This document shows positions 18,913-28,329 of a stretch of DNA of 32,000 nucleotides, piece by piece; the first letter of the stretch is position 1, and every line of letters starts with the position of its first letter. A program made the position numbers and the translations under genes. The notes beneath the pieces are model-generated. The model was not told the origin of the DNA and did not search any database. It saw nothing but the letters and a program-made list of their open reading frames with translations. The DNA comes from Wolbachia endosymbiont strain TRS of Brugia malayi (GTDB lineage: Bacteria; Pseudomonadota; Alphaproteobacteria; Rickettsiales; Anaplasmataceae), in NCBI RefSeq assembly GCF_000008385.1, contig NC_006833.1, forward strand, positions 810,001 to 842,000, in the 5' to 3' direction.

Positions 18913-20961
18913 TCACTGAAACTTTGAAAAATGTAATCTACTTCTATATTCAAATATATCAAGCAGTAATTCAAAAGACTTATTCTCAGCAATTGCACTT
19001 TTTGTATTATTGTATGCAAGGTTGAGCAGTTCTCTGTCCTTGTATAAATCAGCAAACTTAAATTCCATGCATCCTGATTGTTTTAGGCCTAGTATATCTC
19101 CACTGCCTCTTAGCATCATGTCCTTTTCAGCAATGTAAAATCCATCCTGTGACTCGCACATGATTTTTAATTTTGAAAATGAGCTTTTACTTATGTTATT
19201 ATATAATAATACACAAAAAGACGGCTTATTTCCTCGCCCTACTCTGCCTCTTAACTGATGTAATTGCGATAGTCCAAATTGCTCTGCATTTTCTATAATC
19301 ATAATGGTTGCGTCTGGTACGTCTATACCAACCTCTATTACAGTAGTTGCAACGAGAAGAGGAAACTCATTCCTTTTGAAGGAAAACATAACTTGATCTT
19401 TTTGAACTTGAGTTAATTTTCCATGTATTATCCCAACTTTATTAAAAAATGTCTTTTGTAATTCCTGAAAGCGCATTTCCGCTGCAGCAATATTTAGCCC
19501 TTCATTTCCTCCTATACATGGACAAATCCAATACGCTTTTTCGCCTCTGTTTATAGCACTTTTTAGTTTTTCAATAACTTCTACTAATTTTTTAATGTTC
19601 ATAGCTACAGTTTTTATTGGTAGCCTGGATTTTGGTTTTTCTCTCAGAATTGAACATTCAACATCACCATATATAGCTTGTTGCAAAGTTCTTGGGATTG
19701 GAGTTGCCGTAACAAAAAGTATATCAGCATTTTCTCCTTTACCCACCAAGCAGTTTCTCTGTATCACTCCAAATCGCTGTTGTTCGTCTATAACTGCAAG
19801 CCCTAAATTTTTAAATGTAACATTAGCCTGAAATAGTGCATGAGTACCGATTATTATTTTTAAAATACCACTTGCAAGTTCGTTTGTAATAATCTTTCTT
19901 TCCTTACGTGTGGTTTTACCAGTAAGCAAAGCAATTTTTATATCGGTATAAGACAATGCCTCCTCGATCCAGTTATAGTGTTGCTCCGCCAAGATAGTAG
20001 TTGGTGCCATCAAAGCTGCTTGCATGTTATTTTCTATCACATTTAGCATCGCAAAAAGTGCAACTACAGTTTTGCCACTACCAACATCACCTTGCAGTAA
20101 ACTTACCATGCGGCATTTGGATTTTTGCCTCTCTGAAATTTCATCTATTGCACGAATTTGATCATTTGTTAATTGAAATGACAATTCATTTAAAACTTGT
20201 TCTTTATACTTGTTGGATATTGTAAATTCTCGTCCCCTTTTTCTTACATGATTTTCTCTTGCAAGCTTCAGCGCCATCTGGTATGCAAACAATTCATCAT
20301 AAGCAAGCCTTCTCCTGCAAATTTCCGCTTCTGCCAATGAGTTCGGTCTATGCAGCTTTATGATGCTTTCCTTCCAACTTAGCCATTTGTTTTGTTTAAT
20401 TAATGTATCACCTATCCATTCTGGTAAGTCAGGCAATTCTTTTAGATTGGAGTTTATTATGTTCCTAATGCTCTTGTTAGTAATACCACGACATAATTGA
20501 TAAACTGGTTCTACGCGAGCTATTTCTTCAAACTGATTGGTGTCAAGCAACACGTAATCTGGGTGGGTAACTTGCCAATGCTCAGCAAATTTTTCGAGTT
20601 TACCGCTGATGATTACATTGGCTCCAATTGGAAATAATTTATATAAATACTTAATTGAGTAATTAAAAAAAACTATAAATATATACTGACTTTTACTTTC
20701 AACGACTATCTTATATGGTCTACCTCTAAAAGTAGGAGGCTGATGCTCATAGATTTTCGCGATAAAAGTTGTAAGTTCCCCAACTCGAGCATCAAGTAGT
20801 GACTTACTTCTATCTACATAACTGAGTGGTCTATAAAACAGTAGGTCCATCACTTTGTTCCCACCACAAAGTTTAGATAGTATTCCAAAATGGAATTTAG
20901 ATATACCTTTCAGATTGCTGTTTAGAAAAGTCAGCACATCTGGTTGCTCGTTGAGATTCAT
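18913..20961 (-). CDS. recG: ATP-dependent DNA helicase RecG
   Basis: 682 aa; SLLQGDVGSGKTVVALFAMLN, VIDEQQRFGVIQR, LFVTATPIPRTL, ATTVIEVGIDVPDATIMIIENAEQFGLSQLHQLRGRVGRG. Confidence 0.97.
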   Translation of the reverse strand: MNLNEQPDVLTFLNSNLKGISKFHFGILSKLCGGNKVMDLLFYRPLSYVDRSKSLLDARVGELTTFIAKIYEHQPPTFRGRPYKIVVESKSQYIFIVFFNYSIKYLYKLFPIGANVIISGKLEKFAEHWQVTHPDYVLLDTNQFEEIARVEPVYQLCRGITNKSIRNIINSNLKELPDLPEWIGDTLIKQNKWLSWKESIIKLHRPNSLAEAEICRRRLAYDELFAYQMALKLARENHVRKRGREFTISNKYKEQVLNELSFQLTNDQIRAIDEISERQKSKCRMVSLLQGDVGSGKTVVALFAMLNVIENNMQAALMAPTTILAEQHYNWIEEALSYTDIKIALLTGKTTRKERKIITNELASGILKIIIGTHALFQANVTFKNLGLAVIDEQQRFGVIQRNCLVGKGENADILFVTATPIPRTLQQAIYGDVECSILREKPKSRLPIKTVAMNIKKLVEVIEKLKSAINRGEKAYWICPCIGGNEGLNIAAAEMRFQELQKTFFNKVGIIHGKLTQVQKDQVMFSFKRNEFPLLVATTVIEVGIDVPDATIMIIENAEQFGLSQLHQLRGRVGRGNKPSFCVLLYNNISKSSFSKLKIMCESQDGFYIAEKDMMLRGSGDILGLKQSGCMEFKFADLYKDRELLNLAYNNTKSAIAENKSFELLLDIFEYRSRLHFSKFQ

Positions 20962-21248
20962 ACTGTGTAAAACTGTTTATTAATCTTCTTAAAGTCCTGT
21001 CACCCTGTAGTCAAGCTATGCATTGTTTTCTGTCATAAAGTCTATACTAGATAGATCTATTAAATTACTAATAATTTTTATATATTATTGTACTATTATT
21101 AGTATATATTAAGATATTAATAATAAACAACCCTACGCCAGATGAAAAGGAAAATCCAGTAGTTACTCTAAAAGCTCAGGCAGAAAAACTTGATTTCAAT
21201 AAGTTAAGAGTTCCAAAAGGTAATAAAGGAGCAAATTCTGGTGCAATT

Positions 21249-21722
21249 ATGTATGCCGATTTTCGAAAAATGAGATTTGCTATTAATGGCAAAAGTATAG
21301 ACGGAACTTTAATTGCTACATTAATAAACGGAGCTAAGCAATGTAAATTTGGTAAAGTTTGGAATGACCACCGTGAAGATAAAAAAGTTCCTGACCATAA
21401 AAAAACTGATCAATATTTTGAAAGTTTTTACAATATAGGTATAAAATATACTAACCTATTGCCAAAAGAAGATAAAAATAAGAATTACCGTACGTTTGTA
21501 AAGGAAATTTTAAAAAAAATGTTTAAAGATGTTGGAGCAAAAGCGCCAAGCGATCATATTCCGGAGGAACTAATCACTAATTATAATCAAGCAGGGTATG
21601 AATTTATATGTGCGCCATTTATTTGTGAACTCTCTAATAAGTATGGATTACATATGGATGTTAATAGTAGTAATGTTAATAGAAGAGTACTGATTGATCG
21701 TGAAAAAATTCAAATTCTGTAA
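21249..21722 (+). CDS. Hypothetical protein, possibly truncated at the N-terminus
   Basis: 157 aa ORF. The same frame stays open upstream (SSSYSKAQAEKLDFNKLRVPKGNKGANSGAI) with no ATG, which suggests a longer ancestral protein. Confidence 0.45.
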   Translation: MYADFRKMRFAINGKSIDGTLIATLINGAKQCKFGKVWNDHREDKKVPDHKKTDQYFESFYNIGIKYTNLLPKEDKNKNYRTFVKEILKKMFKDVGAKAPSDHIPEELITNYNQAGYEFICAPFICELSNKYGLHMDVNSSNVNRRVLIDREKIQIL

Positions 21723-21861
21723 GAGTTAAATGTAACGCTTCAACAATACCTATAGAAGTGCCAGGGAAAAAAATAGGACAACATATAATATATCGTCCTC
21801 AGTAGGATTTACACTTGAATCTCAAGATGGGAAAGACAGTGTGACATAACAAAGATGGTAA

Positions 21862-22077
21862 ATTATCTCCCACTGCCCTAAGAGACTGAAGGATTATAAT
21901 ATAGATAATAAAAGCTTGTTTGATATCACGAAAGAATGTTTCCAGAAATTGTGTGAAAAGCTTGGATTCTTTAAAAACAAAATAGAGCACGGGTTAGGCA
22001 ATCCGCTAGAAGTGAACAGTTGTGTAAAAAACCCAGATGTAGATCCTTTTAACAATGAATGTGAGACTTTACCTTGA
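21862..22077 (+). pseudogene. Small open frame without a clear start, possible gene remnant
   Basis: ISHCPKRLKDYNIDNKSLFDITKECFQKLCEKLGFFKNKIEHGLGNPLEVNSCVKNPDVDPFNNECETLP* reads open just before the miaA end. Confidence 0.25.
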
Positions 22078-22083
22078 TAATAA

Positions 22084-22977
22084 TCAAAATATCTCAAACT
22101 CTATCAACTTGTTTGCACAGTCAATTACTTCAGAATTTGGGAATTGATTTTTAAACCAGGTGTACTGACGTTTTGCGTAATGCCTTGTGTTTGTTTGAGC
22201 GATTTGTATTGCCTCACTTAAAGTAATCTTACCTTTCAAGTACTTTATGATTTCTGGCACTCCGTGCGCTCTCATAGCTGGCAAGTGTGGAGCTAGGTTC
22301 ATGTTAAGTAGTTTTTTTACTTCGTCAACTGCCCCACTTTCAATCATTGTAACAAAACGGGAATTTATTTTTCGGTATACATCCTCACGTTTAGGCAAAA
22401 TCGTATATATCTTAAAATTATCGAATAAAGGGAGCTGCCTACTTTCTTGCCATACGAAAATTGACTTGCCAGTTGCAGTAATAACTTCAAGTGCCCTTGA
22501 AAGGCGATGTAAGTCATTTGTGGATATTTTACCTTGAATTTTTGAGTCTTTGCTTAGTACTAATTTGTAGAACTCCTCTTTACTTAGATTTTTCCTGAGT
22601 TCACTTACATTTTTTCTTATTTCCTCGCTTACTTTTGGTATTGGCGATAAGCTATTGATTAAACTGCTGATATAAAGCCCACTTCCTCCAGTGATGATAG
22701 GCATTCGTGCATTTTCTAATGCGTGATCAACTTCCCCTTTTAGGTCTTCTAACCATAAACCCACAGAATAATTTTCTTTTGCTGGAACACAACCATATAG
22801 TCTATAAAATTCTTCTTGCTTTGGTGGCTGAGCAGTAATTATGGGAATTTCTTTGTACACCTGCTTTGAATCACAGTTTACTATACTGATATTTCCATAC
22901 TTTTTTATCAGGTTATCACATAATTCTGATTTACCTGAAGCTGTGATTCCTGTAATAATTATTATGTTATCTCTCAT
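22084..22977 (-). CDS. miaA: tRNA dimethylallyltransferase
   Basis: 297 aa; ITGITASGKSELCDNL, VNCDSKQVYKEIPIITAQP, ITGGSGLYISSLI, TRHYAKRQYTWFKNQ. Confidence 0.96.
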   Translation of the reverse strand: MRDNIIIITGITASGKSELCDNLIKKYGNISIVNCDSKQVYKEIPIITAQPPKQEEFYRLYGCVPAKENYSVGLWLEDLKGEVDHALENARMPIITGGSGLYISSLINSLSPIPKVSEEIRKNVSELRKNLSKEEFYKLVLSKDSKIQGKISTNDLHRLSRALEVITATGKSIFVWQESRQLPLFDNFKIYTILPKREDVYRKINSRFVTMIESGAVDEVKKLLNMNLAPHLPAMRAHGVPEIIKYLKGKITLSEAIQIAQTNTRHYAKRQYTWFKNQFPNSEVIDCANKLIEFEIF

Positions 22978-23040
22978 TCGTATTAATTTAATTAATGTAT
23001 GATAGGGTGTAGTAAAAATTTGGATTCCACAATCTAAAAT

Positions 23041-23523
23041 TTGGAGATTTTTATGGTAGAAAACAACGACGATAATTTGTTTATTAAGCGTTTTGCAAAC
23101 AGAACCTCTAGCAGTATAGGAGGAAGTTTTTCTAGTAAATATTCATCTCAAAACACCAAAGCACGTGCACTAGAAGAGAGAGGAAAAATTTCTCAGTTAG
23201 CAAGCAAAAAAACTGAACCGAAAGAAGCTTTTTCTGAGAGTGGTAGCATAAAAGGCAAAAGCAGAACTGTCAATGAAAGATCTTTTGCTGATGCAACAAG
23301 AAGAAGTAGGTCAGATCTCATATATTTAGTCCGTGGTAAAGACCGCGGAAGATCAGCATGGCACTATGTATTAGTTGATAAAGATAAGAGAGAAATGTTT
23401 CTTGCAAAAAGTAGAACTGGTTCTATGGATGTTGCAGACTATGGAGAGGTCTTATATTCAGGATGGGGAGAAGATCCATCACAAGAAATAGTTGATAAAA
23501 TCAATGAAGAATTTGGGATCTAG
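23041..23523 (+). CDS. Conserved hypothetical protein
   Basis: Intact ORF with a low-complexity polar N-terminus and a compact C-terminal module (DLIYLVRGKDRGRSAWHYVLVDKDKREMFLAKSRTGSMDVADYGEVLYSGWG). The supplied ORF begins at 23041; the MVENNDD internal ATG at about 23053 is an alternative start. Confidence 0.75.
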   Translation: MEIFMVENNDDNLFIKRFANRTSSSIGGSFSSKYSSQNTKARALEERGKISQLASKKTEPKEAFSESGSIKGKSRTVNERSFADATRRSRSDLIYLVRGKDRGRSAWHYVLVDKDKREMFLAKSRTGSMDVADYGEVLYSGWGEDPSQEIVDKINEEFGI

Positions 23524-23638
23524 CAAATCTGCGGTAAACTTATAATATTCACAACAACTAGAAAGTGCTGGTAAAGTTCAATATAGTAGCTATTCAACTG
23601 CTTATGAAAAGGCCTATCTGATTACTACGTTTAGCTAT

Positions 23639-24265
23639 ATGGTATCTGAAATAATAAATGCAATACAGAACAATTTGCTAGTGTGTTTTCCAACAGAGAC
23701 AGTGTATGCTCTTGCTTGTAATGCACTAGATGATGGAGCTATCGAGAAAATATATCAGGTAAAGAAACGTTCTCAAGATAAGCCACTGTCTATATTTGTT
23801 AGTGATGTTTGCAGTCTGGTAAAAATAGCAAGGCTAGAGGAAAAATATATTGACTTAATAAATCACTTTTCTCCCGGACCAATTACCTATATTTTACCGC
23901 TTAAAAATAACAATATGTTACCAAATAGATTTTTTAAAGGTAGTATAGGCATAAGAATACCTGATCATCCTATTGCAATTTCAATATTAAATAGGTTGAA
24001 AATTCCAATAGTTGCAACTAGTATAAATGTTTCGGGAGAAAAAAGTGTGTGCAAGGCAAGCGATATACCTCAATCTATTAAGCAACATTTATCTGCAGTG
24101 ATTGAAGGTGATGAACTAGTTTCTGGTATAGAATCTACTATTACTGACTTAACTGGGAATAGGATTAAGTTTTTAAGAGAAGGTATAATTTCATTGCAAG
24201 TGGTAAATAATATGCTTTTGACTGAGATTTATAGGAAAAAGAATGAAAAAATTAATAGGTCATGA
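23639..24265 (+). CDS. tsaC: L-threonylcarbamoyladenylate synthase (Sua5/YciO/YrdC family)
   Basis: 208 aa; VCFPTETVYALACNALDDGAIEKIYQVKKRSQDKPLSIFV, GPITYILPLK, GIRIPDHPIAISILNRLKIPIVATSINVSGE. Confidence 0.93.
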   Translation: MVSEIINAIQNNLLVCFPTETVYALACNALDDGAIEKIYQVKKRSQDKPLSIFVSDVCSLVKIARLEEKYIDLINHFSPGPITYILPLKNNNMLPNRFFKGSIGIRIPDHPIAISILNRLKIPIVATSINVSGEKSVCKASDIPQSIKQHLSAVIEGDELVSGIESTITDLTGNRIKFLREGIISLQVVNNMLLTEIYRKKNEKINRS

Positions 24266-25079
24266 TCAAGCAAAAAGAAAACTAATGGACAACTTGTCTG
24301 TTCAATCTTGGTTAATCTGCGGTAAAAAAGGTATAGGAAAAGCAACCCTTACAAAATTCTTTTCCAATTGGCTTCTTGTAAAAAACTGTGATGAAGTAGC
24401 ATTGGACTTACACATTGTTGAAGGTGATACCATTGGAGTAGAAAGAGTGAGAGAGATGAAAAACTTTCTGCACTTAAGTCCTATTCAATCAGAATACAAG
24501 ATAGCTATAATAGATAGCTTAGAAGCAATGACGAATAACGCTAGAAATGCAATATTAAAAGTATTAGAAGAACCGCCAAAAAACTCCAAGATATTTATAA
24601 TTAGCCATAGGCCGTACAATATACAAACCACTATTCAATGCAGGTGCTTTCAGCTAAATTTACTATCATTAACTTATGATGAAACGAAGCAAGTTGTTTC
24701 ATCTCAGTGTGAATTGGACGATAGCACATTTGATGAAGTCATTACTTTATTTCCTGGAATGCCAGGAATGATAATAAACGCAATAAGTAGTGATACCTAT
24801 GACTCATACAAGTGCTTTTATAAATTCCTTCATAACTTAAAGAATCCTGATATGATTAATAAAGTAATTAATAGCGAAGTTGAACTGGAACTAGCATCAT
24901 ATATAATTCAGGCCTTCATTTTAGAAAGCATAAAGAGAAAGGCTAATAATATTGAAATCCTACTTAGCCAATGGAGAAAAATAGATGAACTTTTTTCTGC
25001 TGCTGGGCAATTTCACCTAGATAAAAAGCATGTTTTAGCTAACGCAGTTAATATCGTAGCATCAGTTTACAAAGTATAA
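24243..25079 (+). CDS. holB: DNA polymerase III delta'-like subunit
   Basis: 278 aa; QSWLICGKKGIGKATLTKFFSNWLL, REMKNFLHLSPIQSEYKIAIIDSLEAMTNNARNAILKVLEEPPKNSKIFIISHRP; overlaps tsaC by 23 nt. Confidence 0.9.
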   Translation: MKKLIGHDQAKRKLMDNLSVQSWLICGKKGIGKATLTKFFSNWLLVKNCDEVALDLHIVEGDTIGVERVREMKNFLHLSPIQSEYKIAIIDSLEAMTNNARNAILKVLEEPPKNSKIFIISHRPYNIQTTIQCRCFQLNLLSLTYDETKQVVSSQCELDDSTFDEVITLFPGMPGMIINAISSDTYDSYKCFYKFLHNLKNPDMINKVINSEVELELASYIIQAFILESIKRKANNIEILLSQWRKIDELFSAAGQFHLDKKHVLANAVNIVASVYKV

Positions 25080-25679
25080 TGCTTTCAACATCAATTTGTG
25101 CTAAAATTCTGTTAGCTTGACATTTGAAGTACGTGGTTTGACTGATAGTAAATTAACTGTGTGGTAATCGATAGAAGTTTTAACAAAAGCATATTGAGCA
25201 TGCAGAAAGAACTAAACTTAACTAAAAATACAGCTCCAGGCCAGAATGCAACCTTAAGAAAGGGAAAGAGTTATTGAATGGTATTTATGAAGCAAATTTT
25301 GAGCTAAACAATGCAATCAATATAGCTACTTTGCCCAAAAATTGGCTATCACACGTTTAATGGTGAGTTAGTTGTACAGCAATCATATTACGAAAGAGGA
25401 GGTATAAAAATTCCTAGAGATTTTCATTACCTTAAAGTCGTTAAATTAAATGACGGTGATTATAAATTAACGTTTTGTAATATTTTAGGTAATGAGTCTT
25501 TTTGAATATAAAAAATATGATCCACAATATTCTAGCGTTTTAGGATGAATATAAGTTTGCGGATTTTAGTAACGTGAAAAAGACTTATGGTCTAAACTTA
25601 AGGAATATGTCGTTCACGCACCTAAGTTTTTTACTGTGGAATAAGCTGTTTAGCCCGAGTCTCAAATCATGCAATCGAT

Positions 25680-25934
25680 TTGTTTGGGCTAATTAAAGGT
25701 GGTAGAAGTAGAAAGGTGAGAACTAACGTTGATGAATTTAGTTATTTTAATGACCAAGATAAATTACATCATTATAATTATCACAAAAGTGTAGAAAGTA
25801 ACACTCATAATCCTAAAAATTTCAGTGTAAAAATGATAAATATGGATATGAGTAAAATCGACAAATTCTATCCTACTGCGGAACAAGGTGATATAATCAT
25901 TCACCCTGTTTTAGAAAATTTAAATATATTTTAA
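25680..25934 (+). CDS. Small hypothetical protein
   Basis: 84 aa intact ORF positioned just upstream of the VirB8-like gene. Confidence 0.5.
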   Translation: MFGLIKGGRSRKVRTNVDEFSYFNDQDKLHHYNYHKSVESNTHNPKNFSVKMINMDMSKIDKFYPTAEQGDIIIHPVLENLNIF

Positions 25935-25981
25935 AATTTTTAGGATTTATTATTGTTATAATAATTCTAGGGCCTTATATT

Positions 25982-26650
25982 ATGGAAGACAAGCTGCTTG
26001 AATCAGTAAAAAACAAGAGTTATTTCAATAAAGCAATTGAATGGTACTGTTATAGATATCTGTTTTGTGTAGCAGAAAGGTCTTGGATGGCATTGATAGT
26101 ATCATGTCTCCTAGTGTGCCTGTGCCTGTTACTATTAAATATATACTTATTGTTTCCTATTAAAAAAGATTTAAACTTCGTGAAGTATGTAAGTCACACA
26201 GAGGATGAGTTTTCTGTAATACGTAAGCTTAGTTTTAAAAAAGATGAAGATGAATACACTTCTGCAGCAAGGTACTTAATGAGCAAATATGTTGAAATGC
26301 ATGAATCTAATAAAGTTGTCGAACCAGGGTACCAGAAAAATTTCATAAAAAATAACTCTACACATAAAATCTATCAAGGTTTTCAGGAGAAAATGAACGA
26401 TGAGGTTGGTGATTTGCCTTCATCTAAAAGAAAAATTTCCAACATAAATGTAGTAAAATTGTCCATTGACCGATCAATCAAGGATCTAGTCACATTTGTT
26501 GGAAATGCTACTGTAATTTCTACAACTGAGCAAAATAAGGAAATGAAGGATCAGACTATTGAGATTAGCTTTACTTTGTCAAATATAAAAGCAACTCTAG
26601 CTGGTATAATACCATTCAAATTTATTGTTAATGGTTATGAATATAAGTAA
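25982..26650 (+). CDS. virB8: VirB8-like type IV secretion protein (stand-alone paralogue)
   Basis: 222 aa; cytoplasmic N-terminus with ...WYCYRYLFCVAERSWMALIVSCLLVCLCLLLLNIYLLFPIK then a periplasmic NTF2-like region (ARYLMSKYVEMHESNK...FVGNATVISTTEQNKEMKDQTIEISFTLSNI). Confidence 0.75.
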   Translation: MEDKLLESVKNKSYFNKAIEWYCYRYLFCVAERSWMALIVSCLLVCLCLLLLNIYLLFPIKKDLNFVKYVSHTEDEFSVIRKLSFKKDEDEYTSAARYLMSKYVEMHESNKVVEPGYQKNFIKNNSTHKIYQGFQEKMNDEVGDLPSSKRKISNINVVKLSIDRSIKDLVTFVGNATVISTTEQNKEMKDQTIEISFTLSNIKATLAGIIPFKFIVNGYEYK

Positions 26651-26655
26651 TCGCG

Positions 26656-27267
26656 TTAAAGTAGTGCCCGTTTAGTGGAGTTTAAAATGGGTGCAAAGCT
26701 TTTTCTATGATGTTCTGTAACACCATAGAGGTTTATGGCATCTATGTGCCCTTTTGTTCCATATCCTTTATTCTTATACCAGTTATATTCTGGATATTGA
26801 TTATGCAATTCTTGCATTAGTTGATCTCTTGCAACTTTTGCAACGATTGAAGCTGCTGCAACTGATACGCTTAAACTATCGCCTTTTACTATGGACTTTA
26901 CTTGCCATTTTACTTTAGGTGGCTGATTACCATCAACTAGCACATAATCTAACTCTATACCTAAGTTTACCAACGCACGTTCCATTGAAAGTTTCGTTGC
27001 TTGCAAAATGTTATATGAATTTATTTCTGCTACGCTTGCCATTCCTATACCAAATTTTGCAACGGATATTATTTTTTCATATAGAACTTGCCTATTTTTA
27101 GCAGTCAATTTTTTCGAGTCGTTAATTCCTTCAATGATTATATTTCTATTAGTAAACACTACAGCCGCAGACATTACTGGACCAGCTAGTGGACCCCTTC
27201 CAACTTCGTCTACTCCTGCTATCACTCCTGATAATTTATTTTCTAATGTAAAATCTGGATATGCCAT
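26656..27267 (-). CDS. rnhB: Ribonuclease HII
   Basis: 203 aa; GVDEVGRGPLAGPVMSAAVV, SVSAASIVAKVARDQLM, NKGYGTKGHIDAINLYGVTEHHRKSFAP. Confidence 0.97.
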   Translation of the reverse strand: MAYPDFTLENKLSGVIAGVDEVGRGPLAGPVMSAAVVFTNRNIIIEGINDSKKLTAKNRQVLYEKIISVAKFGIGMASVAEINSYNILQATKLSMERALVNLGIELDYVLVDGNQPPKVKWQVKSIVKGDSLSVSVAAASIVAKVARDQLMQELHNQYPEYNWYKNKGYGTKGHIDAINLYGVTEHHRKSFAPILNSTKRALL

Positions 27268-27273
27268 AAGTTT

Positions 27274-28254
27274 CTACAACAAGAAAGCAACAGTAAAAAC
27301 TGAACAGACAATAGTAATTATCAAAAATTTTATAACTATTTCGTTTTCTGACCATCCCTTCTTTTCAAAATGGTGGTGTATTGGTGTCATAAGAAAAATC
27401 CTTTTTCCTTTTCCATGCTTAAATCTTGTATATTTGAAGTACAATACCTGAATAACAACAGATAAAGTCTCTATCACAAAGATTACCCCAATAACAGCAA
27501 AAAGCACTTCTCTTTTAATTAGAACACTGGTTAATCCTAGAGCTGCACCAATTGATAAACTGCCAATGTCACCCATAAATATCTTTGCTGGATGTGTGTT
27601 AAACCACAAGAAACTTAAAGTCGCTCCTATAAACGTGATGCAGAATAGGATAACACTTATATCTGCTCGAGTCATGTATGCAACTAATCCCAAAGAAACA
27701 AAAGAAGCGATGATTTGAGTTGCTGCAAGGCCATCTAGGCCATCTGTAAGATTCACAGCGTTAGAAGAGCCGACCACTATAAATGCAGCAAATGGAGCAT
27801 ATAGGTAGCTAAAGTCGATCATTATTCCTTTAAATAGGAAAGTTTTTGTAAAATCTTCAGTAAAGTATAACTTAAATACAGACATACCAACCAGGGCAAC
27901 AATAAATTGGATGAGTATTTTAGTTTTTGCGCTTAGCCCTCGATAGCTATTCGCTTTTAACTTTAAATAATCATCAATGAACCCAATTAGAGCGAAGGAT
28001 AGAGTTATAGATACTAGCAATAGAATCTCTGGTGTTGACTGAACCCAAAATAAAATTGGTAATAAAGAAGAAGTCAGTATTACTACCCCACCCATGGTAG
28101 GGGTATTTCTTTTTGTAATTAAATGATTTTCTGGACTGCATAACCTGATGGGTTGTCCATTTTTGCTAATTTTTTTTAGAAACTTTATAAAATAAGGAGA
28201 AAGAATAAACCCAAAAATAAATGAGGTGAAAAATATTTTTGTAGGTAAGTTCAT
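27274..28254 (-). CDS. mraY: Phospho-N-acetylmuramoyl-pentapeptide-transferase
   Basis: 326 aa; TPTMGGVVIL, NAVNLTDGLDGLA, FNTHPAKIFMGDIGSLSIGAALG, MTPIHHHFEKKGWSENEIVIKF. Confidence 0.97.
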   Translation of the reverse strand: MNLPTKIFFTSFIFGFILSPYFIKFLKKISKNGQPIRLCSPENHLITKRNTPTMGGVVILTSSLLPILFWVQSTPEILLLVSITLSFALIGFIDDYLKLKANSYRGLSAKTKILIQFIVALVGMSVFKLYFTEDFTKTFLFKGIMIDFSYLYAPFAAFIVVGSSNAVNLTDGLDGLAATQIIASFVSLGLVAYMTRADISVILFCITFIGATLSFLWFNTHPAKIFMGDIGSLSIGAALGLTSVLIKREVLFAVIGVIFVIETLSVVIQVLYFKYTRFKHGKGKRIFLMTPIHHHFEKKGWSENEIVIKFLIITIVCSVFTVAFLL

Positions 28255-28329
28255 CTACCTATTTAAATTCACTGATTGAATACTGCATTGGATACTCATA
28301 AATATATCATAGTGCAGAGATATTGGTAA

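Noticed and set aside
19595-20225. Plus-strand ORFs opposite recG
   Set aside because: Antisense shadows of conserved helicase motifs.
25250-25510. Open stretch FNGELVVQQSYYERGGIKIPRDFHYLKVVKLNDGDYKLTFCNILGNESF*
   Set aside because: Too short and with no recognisable family or intact start; possible remnant but not supportable as a gene.
26919-27451. Plus-strand ORFs opposite rnhB and mraY
   Set aside because: Antisense to confidently assigned genes; no supporting signal.
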